32,000 nucleotides of DNA, taken from positions 870,001-902,000 of the forward strand of contig NC_006624.1 of the NCBI RefSeq assembly GCF_000009965.1, given 5' to 3'. Source of the stretch: Thermococcus kodakarensis KOD1. Lineage in GTDB: Archaea; Methanobacteriota_B; Thermococci; Thermococcales; Thermococcaceae. A model generated the notes under the pieces. It had not been told where the DNA came from and made no database searches. It saw nothing but the letters and a program-made list of their open reading frames with translations. Within the stretch, counting starts at the first letter, position 1. Each line of letters begins with the position of its first letter. Of the stretch, positions 1-8,209 are shown piece after piece. Position numbers and translations under genes: made by a program.

Positions 1-1
1 C

Positions 2-223
2 GGAAAGTGGTCCTGGGCCGTCCTCCTGCCAGCACTGTTCCTCTGGATAACCGTGACTGCAGCACTGATATGGTACATAGCAGTAGTGCCGCTGAGCGGA
101 AGCACCCTCATAGCAGTCAAGGGATCGCTCCTCATCGGCCTGCTCCTGAACTTCCTCCTGGCATGGGACTTCTACATTGCCTGGAAGAGGCCAGAAGAGG
201 AGTACGCTGCAGCTGCGGCCTGA
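2..223 (+). CDS. C-terminal fragment of an integral membrane protein (5' end outside window)
   Basis: The frame starting at nt 2 is open from the window edge. It reads GKWSWAVLLPALFLWITVTAALIWYIAVVPLSGSTLIAVKGSLLIGLLLNFLLAWDFYIAWKRPEEEYAAAAA, ending at TGA 221-223. The sequence is strongly hydrophobic and helical. It is missing from the ORF track because it has no start codon inside the window. It is more protein-like than the overlapping listed ORF 7..363. Confidence 0.5.
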   Translation, partial: GKWSWAVLLPALFLWITVTAALIWYIAVVPLSGSTLIAVKGSLLIGLLLNFLLAWDFYIAWKRPEEEYAAAAA

Positions 224-263
224 AGTTCTTTCATATTTTCAACCTTTTTTTGAGGGACAGGGG

Positions 264-548
264 ATGCGGAAAATCAGAGATATTGTTTCAAAGCTCACTC
301 TCCCGCTTCGCTTCCTCTGGGAGTTTCACAGGGGGTTTGAACTATATTATATCCAGGGGATAAAATGGGAAGAGGAAGAGCTTGAAAACATATTCGCACT
401 CATACTCTTTGGAGATTACGTAGGCCTGCCCCATCCTCCGACCGTGCTTACATACAGGCTCTTTCCATACGTCATTAGGGAGCTGTACGTGATGGAGCAG
501 AAGAGCAAGAAAGAGGTTTCCATGAAAAGCGGATGGATAGGCGTTTGA
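264..548 (+). CDS. Small conserved hypothetical protein, paralogue A of a tandem pair
   Basis: The internal ATG at 264 is preceded by GAGGGACAGGGG. Residues ELENIFALILFGDYVGLPHPPTVLTYRLFPYVIRELYVMEQK align with the next ORF. I recognise no family. Confidence 0.6.
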   Translation: MRKIRDIVSKLTLPLRFLWEFHRGFELYYIQGIKWEEEELENIFALILFGDYVGLPHPPTVLTYRLFPYVIRELYVMEQKSKKEVSMKSGWIGV

Positions 549-559
549 GGGGGATAAAA

Positions 560-841
560 ATGCCTAAAAGAGCCCTTGAAGATATAAAGGCTTTCCTTAA
601 AGGGTTTGCAGAGTCGTTTAAGCACAATTCAACCGAATACCTTGAGTTTGAGCTCAGGGAGCTTGAGAACGTCTTCGCTCTCACCCTCATGGGGGAATTC
701 GTAGGAATACCGAGTCCGCCAACGACTCTGGTTATAAGGCTCCTCCCACACATGACTCGCGAGCTGTACGTGATGCAGAGAAGGGCCGTTGAAATGGACG
801 ACATTCTTGGCGAGCTAGCAGGGATGTTTGAAATCACATGA
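560..841 (+). CDS. Small conserved hypothetical protein, paralogue B of a tandem pair
   Basis: ATG 560 is preceded by GAGGGGG, 11 nt after the stop of paralogue A. ELENVFALTLMGEFVGIPSPPTTLVIRLLPHMTRELYVMQRR matches paralogue A. Its stop codon overlaps the AGGTGG ribosome-binding site of the downstream ATPase. Confidence 0.65.
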   Translation: MPKRALEDIKAFLKGFAESFKHNSTEYLEFELRELENVFALTLMGEFVGIPSPPTTLVIRLLPHMTRELYVMQRRAVEMDDILGELAGMFEIT

Positions 842-851
842 GGTGGTAGCC

Positions 852-1847
852 ATGCGAGAATTCTTCCTGCCGAAGAAAGACTACCGTGTTGTTTTCTTCA
901 TAGGGAAAGGCGGAGTCGGCAAGACGACGAGCTCTGCGGCAGCTGCCGTTGCCCTCGCCGACAAGGGCTACAGAACCCTCATAGTCTCACTCGACCCGGC
1001 GCACAACCTCGGGGACGTTCTGATGGAGAAGCTCTCAGATAAGCCAAAAAAGATAGCGGAGAATCTCTACGCGAGCGAGCTGGACATGGAGAAGCTGATA
1101 AAGAGCTATCTAAAGCACCTAGAGGAGAACCTCAAGCACATGTACCGCTACCTGACTGTCATAAACCTCGAAAAGTACTTCGAGGTTCTCAGCTTTTCAC
1201 CGGGGATAGAGGAGTACGCAACGCTGGAGGCTGTAAAGGAGATACTGATGAAAGGCGACGAATGGGACGTTATAGTGTTCGACACTCCCCCTACGGGACT
1301 GACCCTCAGGGTTCTCGCGCTCCCGAGGATATCACTCATCTGGACGGACAAGCTCATCGAGATACGGCGGGCAATTCTGGAGAGAAGGGCCGCGATAGCC
1401 AACATCCACGGCGAGCAGGAGTTCGTGGTAGAAGGAGAGCGGATAAAGCTCCCCACCAAGGAAGAGGAAGACCCCGTGATGAAGGAGCTGAAGGCCTACA
1501 GGAAAGAAGTAGCATTCGTTGAGAGTGTCCTCACTGACCCCGATAAGACGAGCGTTGTGGCCGTTATGAACCCTGAGATGCTCCCGTTGTATGAAACTGA
1601 GAGGGCCTACGAGAGCCTCAAAAAGTTCAGGATTCCGTTCAACATGATAGTAATGAACAAGGTCTTCGAGCTGAAGGGAGAAGTCCCGGAACTGAAAGCC
1701 AAACTGGAGGCACAGGAGAGAGTGCTAATGGAGGTCTCTGAAAAGTTCAAAGGGGTTGACATCGTGAAGATACCCATCTTTCCCGAAGAGCCCCGCGGCG
1801 TTGAGAGGCTCAGAGAACTTGGAGGGGCGATAATCGGTGAACGCTGA
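852..1847 (+). CDS. ArsA/Get3-family (SIMIBI class) P-loop ATPase, single-domain, cysteine-free
   Basis: It has the deviant Walker A GKGGVGKTT, the motifs SLDPAHNLGD and FDTPPTGLTLR (ArsA/Get3 DTAPTGHT-like), and a length near 330 aa. ATG 852 follows AGGTGGT. The protein contains no Cys, so it has neither the metalloid-binding cysteines nor the Get3 CxxC. Confidence 0.85.
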   Translation: MREFFLPKKDYRVVFFIGKGGVGKTTSSAAAAVALADKGYRTLIVSLDPAHNLGDVLMEKLSDKPKKIAENLYASELDMEKLIKSYLKHLEENLKHMYRYLTVINLEKYFEVLSFSPGIEEYATLEAVKEILMKGDEWDVIVFDTPPTGLTLRVLALPRISLIWTDKLIEIRRAILERRAAIANIHGEQEFVVEGERIKLPTKEEEDPVMKELKAYRKEVAFVESVLTDPDKTSVVAVMNPEMLPLYETERAYESLKKFRIPFNMIVMNKVFELKGEVPELKAKLEAQERVLMEVSEKFKGVDIVKIPIFPEEPRGVERLRELGGAIIGER

Positions 1848-2121
1848 GGAAATATACGACAGACTCCGCAGGGTGAATGAGCCCATAACGGAGATGGACA
1901 TAGTCAGCCTCGGCCTCGTTGAGAGGGTTACCGTTGACGAAGATGGTGTTAAAATTTACCTCAGGCTCGCCGAGGGAATACGGCACCCGTTCCAGAACGC
2001 CCTCAGCTGGCCGGTCAGATGGAGAATTGTTAGGGATGTGGTTAAGGCCCTTGATGATGTGCCAAAACTTGAAATACTCGAAGCCAGAAATCTTACGAGA
2101 TACTATCCGGAGGAGGATTGA
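1837..2121 (+). CDS. DUF59/MIP18-like small protein (putative metallocluster-assembly-related)
   Basis: The N-terminal pattern RVNEPITEMDIVSLGLVERVTVDEDGVKIYL resembles the DUF59 core (D/E-P-x..ivdLGlv..v.v). A GTG start overlaps the ATPase 3' end by 11 nt and follows GGAGGGG. Confidence 0.55.
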   Translation: MNAEEIYDRLRRVNEPITEMDIVSLGLVERVTVDEDGVKIYLRLAEGIRHPFQNALSWPVRWRIVRDVVKALDDVPKLEILEARNLTRYYPEED

Positions 2122-2122
2122 G

Positions 2123-2776
2123 ATGGACAATCAGCTTCTGTTTACGATAATCTTTGTACTGGCTGGGATATCTGTGATCCAGTACTACCGCGGGAGGAAG
2201 ATGAACCTGATCCTCATGGAGCACTACATAAGGATGATCAAGGACGTCGTGAAGCCAGAGGACGAAAACTACACGTGGCTCGGCGGTTACATTGGCTTCC
2301 GCGCGGAGTACAAGGTAAACCGCGACAACATAAGGGAGTTCGAGTACACTCTTACACTCCTTCCAAGGCACAGCATCCTTTACTTCCCGATTTCGCTGGT
2401 CACGAGCAGACACGACAAGCTCTTCATAGTCATCAAACCCTTTGCCCAGATCAAGCGCGAGGCTCACCTCATCCAGAAGGGCTACTACAGGCTCAGGCCC
2501 GACATCGAGAACGCTGAGCTACTGCAGAGGGAGGAAATCGAGATAGCGGGCAAGAAGTACGAAGCATTGTTTGAGAAGAAGCGCGACGTTGAGAAGCTTA
2601 AATCCCTCGTGGAAAGTCTCCCAAAGCCAGAGAACATCAAACACGTAGCACTTACACCGAAGACGAACGTCTTCTACGTCCAGATGAAGCCCGAGCCGGA
2701 CACGATAAGGAAGGACGTTGAGAAAATAGTACGTTTTGTCAACGAGAAGCTCAAAGAAAGCCCGTTCTCCTCTTGA
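2123..2776 (+). CDS. Membrane-anchored hypothetical protein (single N-terminal TM helix)
   Basis: ATG 2123 lies 1 nt after the upstream stop and is preceded by GGAGGAGG. The N-terminus LLFTIIFVLAGISVIQYY is hydrophobic and the rest is soluble and charged. I chose this internal start over the listed 1919 start, which overlaps the DUF59-like gene in a different reading frame on the same strand. Confidence 0.6.
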   Translation: MDNQLLFTIIFVLAGISVIQYYRGRKMNLILMEHYIRMIKDVVKPEDENYTWLGGYIGFRAEYKVNRDNIREFEYTLTLLPRHSILYFPISLVTSRHDKLFIVIKPFAQIKREAHLIQKGYYRLRPDIENAELLQREEIEIAGKKYEALFEKKRDVEKLKSLVESLPKPENIKHVALTPKTNVFYVQMKPEPDTIRKDVEKIVRFVNEKLKESPFSS

Positions 2777-2830
2777 CCTTTTCCCTTCTTCGCGGCGCAA
2801 CCCTTTTATGAGTTAAACTTCAAGTTATAC

Positions 2831-3118
2831 TTGGTGATACCGGTGGTTAGTATCCGCCTGAAAGTCGGCCCAAAGGGCCAGATAGTAATTCCCAAAGTCT
2901 TCAGGGAGGCCTACGGAATTAAGGAGGGCGGGGAGGTTATAGTGGAACCAAGGGAAGATGCACTCGTCATCAGGAGAGTGCCGGACACGGAAGAACTCCT
3001 TAAAAAGCTCAGGGAGTACCACAAAAAGAGGAAAGGCGCGAAACCAGCTAAACTTGGGGAACTCAAAGGAGTGAGCCTTGAAGACGAGTTCGACGAGGTC
3101 TGGGGGATTGAGGAATGA
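2831..3118 (+). CDS. vapB: AbrB/SpoVT-fold antitoxin (VapB-type)
   Basis: LKVGPKGQIVIPKVFREAYGIKEGGEVIVEPREDALVIRRV is a typical SpoVT/AbrB swapped-hairpin motif. Its stop overlaps the PIN gene start (ATGA). The exact start is uncertain (TTG 2831, GTG 2834 or GTG 2843). Confidence 0.75.
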   Translation: MVIPVVSIRLKVGPKGQIVIPKVFREAYGIKEGGEVIVEPREDALVIRRVPDTEELLKKLREYHKKRKGAKPAKLGELKGVSLEDEFDEVWGIEE

Positions 3119-3522
3119 GGCTGCTCATTGACACCAACCTTTTTGTCTATTTAAACGCCAACATAGACGATGAACTCGCCGAGAGGCTCGATCGCTTCTA
3201 TGCAGAGCTGGTTAGAGAGAATGAAGCTTACACGAACGTCCTTGTTTTGGACGAGCTCATTCACGTTTCTAAACGAAAATACGGGGTGAGCTATCCTGAG
3301 ACGATATCGTTCATAGAAGACGTTGTACTGCCTGCCGTTAGGGTGCTTCCCATCACCTTTGAGGATTACCTCACGGCCAAAGAAATAATTCTCAAGTACC
3401 ACCTTCGCCCTTCAGATGCCCTCCACGCCGCGACGATTCAGAACAACGGCCTTCAGGCTATTGTGAGTGAGGATGAGGATTTTGATAAACTTCCCATTAA
3501 GAGGCTCTGGCTGGAGGTGTAA
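3115..3522 (+). CDS. vapC: PIN-domain ribonuclease toxin (VapC-type)
   Basis: It has the N-terminal LLIDTNLFVYL with an acidic residue, a mid-protein LDELIH, and a C-terminal SDALHAA...SEDEDF. This gives the canonical PIN acidic quartet spacing. It is translationally coupled to the upstream antitoxin. Confidence 0.8.
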   Translation: MRLLIDTNLFVYLNANIDDELAERLDRFYAELVRENEAYTNVLVLDELIHVSKRKYGVSYPETISFIEDVVLPAVRVLPITFEDYLTAKEIILKYHLRPSDALHAATIQNNGLQAIVSEDEDFDKLPIKRLWLEV

Positions 3523-3524
3523 TC

Positions 3525-4307
3525 ATGGAAATCTACAAAGCCAAGTTCGGAAATCCTGAGAGGGGTTGGGTAGTCTTGGTTCATGGCCTTGGAGAGCACA
3601 GCGGGAGGTACGGAAAGCTCATCTCGATGCTCAACGAGGCTGGCTTTGCCGTCTATACCTTTGACTGGCCAGGACACGGGAAGAGCCCTGGAAAGAGGGG
3701 GCACACCAGCGTCGAAGAGGCTATGGAAATAATTGATTCCATAATTAAAGAATTAGGTGAAAAGCCCTTCCTCTTCGGACACAGTCTCGGAGGTTTGACC
3801 GTCATCCGCTATGCCGAGACCAGGCCGGATAAGATACGCGGGGTCGTCGCGTCCTCCCCGGCCCTGGCCAAAAGCCCCAAAACACCGGGCTTTATGGTTG
3901 CCCTCGCCAAGGTTCTGGGAAGAATAGCCCCCGGTCTGACACTCTCCAACGGCATTGACCCAAACCTCCTTTCAAGGAATCCGGATGCGGTGAAGCGCTA
4001 CATCGAAGACCCGTTAGTCCACGACAGAATCTCAACAAAGCTCGGAATGAGCATCTTCAAGAACATGGAGCTAGCTCACAGGGAAGCGGACAGAATTGAA
4101 GTACCCATTCTCCTGCTTGTGGGCACAGGTGACGTTATAACACCCCCCGAAGGCTCAAGGAAGCTCTTCGAGGAGCTCAAGGTGAAGGACAAGGAAATCA
4201 GGGAGTTCGAGGGTGCTTACCACGAGATATTTGAGGATCCCGAATGGGGCGAGGAGTTCCACAAGACGATCGTGGAGTGGCTTATAAAGCATTCAGAGAA
4301 GGCTTGA
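3525..4307 (+). CDS. Alpha/beta hydrolase, lysophospholipase/monoacylglycerol-lipase-like
   Basis: It has the HG oxyanion motif (LVHGLGEHSGRY), the nucleophile elbow GHSLGG, late Asp/His candidates (GTGDVI..., AYHEIF) and a length of 260 aa. Confidence 0.85.
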   Translation: MEIYKAKFGNPERGWVVLVHGLGEHSGRYGKLISMLNEAGFAVYTFDWPGHGKSPGKRGHTSVEEAMEIIDSIIKELGEKPFLFGHSLGGLTVIRYAETRPDKIRGVVASSPALAKSPKTPGFMVALAKVLGRIAPGLTLSNGIDPNLLSRNPDAVKRYIEDPLVHDRISTKLGMSIFKNMELAHREADRIEVPILLLVGTGDVITPPEGSRKLFEELKVKDKEIREFEGAYHEIFEDPEWGEEFHKTIVEWLIKHSEKA

Positions 4308-4375
4308 GAATGAAAGTCAATAGGGAACGCCTTTTCCATATTTCCATTTTGATTCCCCTCCTAACACTTCCCTGA

Positions 4376-4941
4376 CTAGGCACCACCTGGCTAATTTTCA
4401 CTGTTCTGGGGTTTGTTCACAAATTCAGAGAAAAAATCTGGGCCGCTTACGAACGCCATAGCGGAGATTTCGGCACATATCTGGTCGTTGGCATGGCTTC
4501 AGCCTATCTTGTTGAGGTTCTTGCCATAATTGACAACCTCAAACTTTCCCCTGAGGAAAAGATACTCCTCAACCCGGATCCACTGACAGACCTGTACCTC
4601 GCTTTCGCCTACTACTTCCCCTTCGTTCTCTATTGGGGACTGGCCATTCGAAGGTACGACTACAGCTGGAAAGATGTGTTCTGGATAGGGGCGCCACTGG
4701 TATACTTATGGAGCAGATGGGGGCGGTCTTTCTCTCTTTCAACCCGGTTGCATGGCTCTACGTTCTGCTGGTTTATGGTTCCTACAAGGCCATTCCAGTT
4801 CTCGTGACGGAGAAATGCTTGAGACAAAGGGAGAGAAAACACATCAAGACATGGAAAAAACTCGTTCTCGGTGCACTGATAGAGTTCCTGGCATTCGTCT
4901 CGGCAGGAGGGTTGCTGTGGATTTTTGAAATTGCTCTGTAG
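4376..4941 (+). pseudogene. Disrupted polytopic membrane-protein gene (frameshift near 4700-4725; no start for the 5' hydrophobic extension)
   Basis: Two overlapping ORFs (4493..4807 and 4633..4941) each look membrane-protein-like on only one side of about nt 4715 (...DVFWIGAPLVYLWS | ...GAVFLSFNPVAWLYVLLVYGSYKAIPVLV). A G5 run sits at 4717-4722. The frame of the first ORF stays open and hydrophobic back to 4376 (LGTTWLIFTVLGFVHKF) without an ATG, GTG or TTG. Confidence 0.45.
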
Positions 4942-5022
4942 GGTAAAGTTAGCGTTTATCATAACCCTTTTATCGAGCAAGGTGGAAGAATCCTGTTGGG
5001 AGACTCGCTTTGAGGTTGATAT

Positions 5023-5841
5023 ATGCACTCTCGGGTGGCCTCTATGCTCGTCGATACTTTTCCCAGGTTCCTTAAGGAGTGGAACGGGACCGTAGACAGC
5101 TGGCTCCGGTATATTCGGGGATACCCTGAGCTATTTGGGAAGGTAAAGTGGGACTATGAGCGCTATGGAATGGACTGGAAGGGGTTTACGAAGTTACTTT
5201 TAAAACGAAACATGGAGGAGCTCATCCTTGCCCACGAAAAGCTGCTTGAAGTTCTCCCAAGGATGGAAACAAAGATTGAGGAGCTTTTTGGAATCAAACC
5301 GAAGGACTACAACGTGGTTCTCTACATAGGCATTGAAAACGGGGCCGGATGGGTGACCGAATTCCTTGGAAAACCCCCGATTCTCTTCGGTCTGGAGGCA
5401 ATAGCCAAGCTTAAGTGGTACAGCAAACTTGAGGGATTAGTTGTCCACGAGTTTGGGCACCTGGTTCACTGGCTTTTAAGGGGAGAAAACATAGAGCGGC
5501 TTGAGGATGAGCAGATGTTCCTGCTGTATACAGAGGGGTTCGCCCAACGGATTGAGGACATAATCATCGGAAGGCCCTGGCACCTAGAGGAGGAGGGATG
5601 GTTCGAGTGGTGTGAAGAAAACGAGGGACTCCTGAAGGCCGAATTCTTGAGAAGGATACAGGAAAAAGAACCCCTGAACCCGTTTTTCGGCTCGTGGTAT
5701 ACCCTCTTTGGGAAGCGGTTCTTAGGCTACTACATTGGCTATAAGTTCATCTGCTGGCTTGAAAAGGACTATTCCCTTGAAGAAATTTCAAAGCTTAAAA
5801 GAGAAGAGATCAAAGGTAAGATCCTGAAGTTTCTCCCCTAA
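5023..5841 (+). CDS. Putative Zn-dependent metalloprotease-like protein (HExxH; DUF2268-like)
   Basis: The motif [11 protein letters not shown] (HExxH) is followed by [12 protein letters not shown], a possible third ligand Glu. GAGGT lies 8 nt upstream of ATG 5023. The family assignment is from memory of the motif pattern only. Confidence 0.6.
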
Positions 5842-6857
5842 ATGTTCTCCCTTCTGTCAATGACGTGCTCCAGCTCTGGCCCGGTCTTTATCAGTCCAAC
5901 CGGAACGCCTACCCTTTCTTCGATTTCCTCAACGAACTCCTTTGCCCTCTTCGGAAGTTTATCGTAGTCAGTGACACCGAAGGCTTCCCCGTCGTACTTG
6001 TCGAGCATCGTGAGGGCAAGCATCGTCGCGCCGTTTATTCTCGCGGAGTAGCGGGCGAACTCGAAGTCAAACCAGCCCACTCTTCTCCTCCTGCCTGTGA
6101 CAGTACCATATTCGACGAGCCCAAGCCTTTCAGCCTCTTCCTGAGGCATCTCAGTCGGAAACGGCCCTGCACCGACCCTCGTTGGGAAGCTCTTGAAGAC
6201 GACGATGACATCGTCAACCCTCGTCGGGCCAATTCCAACGTCGCTCGCAATGGCAGATGCCGTCGTGTCTTTGGAAGTGACGTAGGGATAAGTGCCGTAG
6301 TAGAGGCTCAGTCCGAACCCTTGAGTGCCTTCAATTAGAACGAGCTTTCCATCGTCAAGGGCATCGTTCACTTCAGCAGCAACGTCCGTCAGGTAAGGCT
6401 CAAGCTCCTTAATGTCCTTTGCGAGCTTTGCCCTTCTCATAACTCTGTCGGCGTTTGCCGGCCCGCATCCGCTCCCGGTGGTTCCAATCTCCTCGTGCAG
6501 GTGGTGGTTGCTTCTATCCAGCTGTTTGTGCTTCTCCTCGATTATGGCACAGCGGTAATCTATCCCAACCCTCCCCCGAACGTTGAAGTCCTTCAGGTGT
6601 TCGAGCTCGTGGAAAAAGACTTCTGGATCAACGAGAACGCCAGCCCCGACGAGAAGTCTCGCCTTGGTCTGCATAAAGCCAGTTGGGAGCTGCCTCACCG
6701 CGTACTTCTTGCCGTTGATGAAAACGCTGTGGCCGGCATTAGTTCCAACGCCGCCGCGTGCTATGACTTCAGGCTCGTCTTTGAGGGCCAGATAGGCTAT
6801 AACAGAGCCCTTGCCCTCATCTCCCCATTGACCTCCAACGACGATGTAGCTCGGCAT
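5838..6857 (-). CDS. purA: Adenylosuccinate synthetase
   Basis: It has the N-terminal [11 protein letters not shown]-loop signature, the motifs [14 protein letters not shown] and GTQG, and the short archaeal form of 339 aa. Confidence 0.95.
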
Positions 6858-6966
6858 GGCTCTTACCCATGTCTAAGTCAATAAGGGGTTTATAATGCTT
6901 TCCATGTTGACATCTATTCGTTAATAACGCCTCGAAAGTATTAAATCTCTTTACGCGGATTTTTAT

Positions 6967-7236
6967 ATGGTGATGCCTACGGCCTGCCTGGAGATAAACC
7001 CCGAGCGGAGGAGCGTTATCGTGAGAACAGAGGACGGTAAAAAGCTTGGAGAATTGGACCTCGATGATCTGGCTGAGATCGTGGAATTCCGATACGCTAC
7101 CCCCTGGAACGTTACAAAGGACTCCCTTGAGAAGGTGGCGCTCGTTCTGGAAGACCTTGCGTATCTGGCGCGGAGCGGCAGAGAGCTCCCAGAAAAGGAA
7201 GTTCTCATCGACATGTTGAAGAAAAGAAAGTATTAA
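6967..7236 (+). CDS. Small hypothetical protein
   Basis: This is an 89-aa ORF in an otherwise empty interval, with protein-like composition. A/T-rich TATA-like elements lie just upstream (AGTATTAAAT, TTTTTATAT). I recognise no family. Confidence 0.45.
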   Translation: MVMPTACLEINPERRSVIVRTEDGKKLGELDLDDLAEIVEFRYATPWNVTKDSLEKVALVLEDLAYLARSGRELPEKEVLIDMLKKRKY

Positions 7237-7271
7237 AAGGGCCAGCTGCCTTAAAGCTGAAGGGTCTCACC

Positions 7272-8198
7272 ATGATCAAAAATAAGTTAGTTGTCGTCAC
7301 TGGGGGAGCGGGCTTTATAGGCTCTCATATAGCCTGGGAGCTTATCAAGGACAACGATGTGGTAATCATCGACAATCTATACACTGGAAAAGAAGAAAAC
7401 GTTCCACCAGGGGCGAAGCTCGTCAAAGCCGATATAAGAGACTACGAGGCAATAGCCGAGCTGATAAGCAACGCCGACTACGTTTTTCATGAGGCCGCCC
7501 AGGTGAGCGTCGTCGAGAGCATCAGGGATCCGGTTTTTACTGAGGAGGTCAACGTCCTCGGAACGCTCAACATTATTAAAGCACTTCTCGAAGGGCATGG
7601 GAAGTTGATCTTTGCCTCTTCCGCAGCTGTTTATGGAGACAACCCTAACCTCCCACTAAAGGAGACTGAGAGACCTAGACCACTCTCCCCCTACGGGGTG
7701 ACCAAAGCAACCGCCGAGGAGTACCTCCGCGTCTTCCACGAGCTTTACGGCCTGCCAGTTGTTTCTCTCCGCTACTTCAACGTCTTTGGACCGAGGCAGA
7801 GCACCAACCAGTACGCGGGAGTGATAAGCATCTTCATCAACCGCGCGCTGAAGGGTGAACCCCTCGTTATCTTCGGCGACGGAAAGCAGACGAGGGACTT
7901 CATCTACGTCAAGGACGTGGTTAAGGCTAACCTTCTGGTAGCCGAGAGCAGAAAAGCTAACGGAAGGGTTTTCAACGTCGCGACAGGGAGAGAGACCACG
8001 ATCCTTGAACTCGCTATGAAGATTATAGAAATCACCGGAACGACTAGCTCGGTAGTCTTTGATAAACCGAGGCCTGGTGACATAAGACACAGCAGGGCCG
8101 ACATAAGCGAGATTAGAAAGCTGGGCTTTGAGCCAGAGTGGTCTCTTGAAGAAGGACTGAAAAAAACAGTAGAATGGTACGCCAAAAATAATCCTTAG
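7272..8198 (+). CDS. NAD-dependent epimerase/dehydratase (UDP-glucose 4-epimerase-like SDR)
   Basis: It has the Rossmann motif VTGGAGFIGSH and the catalytic YxxxK (SPYGVTKATAEEY). It has extended-SDR length (308 aa). Confidence 0.9.
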   Translation: MIKNKLVVVTGGAGFIGSHIAWELIKDNDVVIIDNLYTGKEENVPPGAKLVKADIRDYEAIAELISNADYVFHEAAQVSVVESIRDPVFTEEVNVLGTLNIIKALLEGHGKLIFASSAAVYGDNPNLPLKETERPRPLSPYGVTKATAEEYLRVFHELYGLPVVSLRYFNVFGPRQSTNQYAGVISIFINRALKGEPLVIFGDGKQTRDFIYVKDVVKANLLVAESRKANGRVFNVATGRETTILELAMKIIEITGTTSSVVFDKPRPGDIRHSRADISEIRKLGFEPEWSLEEGLKKTVEWYAKNNP

Positions 8199-8209
8199 GG
8201 GCAATTCCT

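Noticed and set aside
7-363. Listed 118-aa ORF at the window start
   Set aside because: Its translation is Pro/Ser/Arg/His-rich and not protein-like. A different frame (nt 2-223) gives a clean hydrophobic membrane-protein C-terminus. The downstream part overlaps the better-supported 264..548 gene.
852-1847. Annotating the ArsA-family ATPase as an arsenite-pump subunit
   Set aside because: It is a single-domain protein with no cysteines and no arsB/acr3/arsR/arsD nearby. The family motif alone does not support an arsenic-resistance function.
4308-4380. C/D box-like words (AUGAAAG ... UGAUUC ... CUGA) downstream of the hydrolase gene
   Set aside because: The box sequences are degenerate and the guide spacings (for example 16 nt before CUGA) do not fit.
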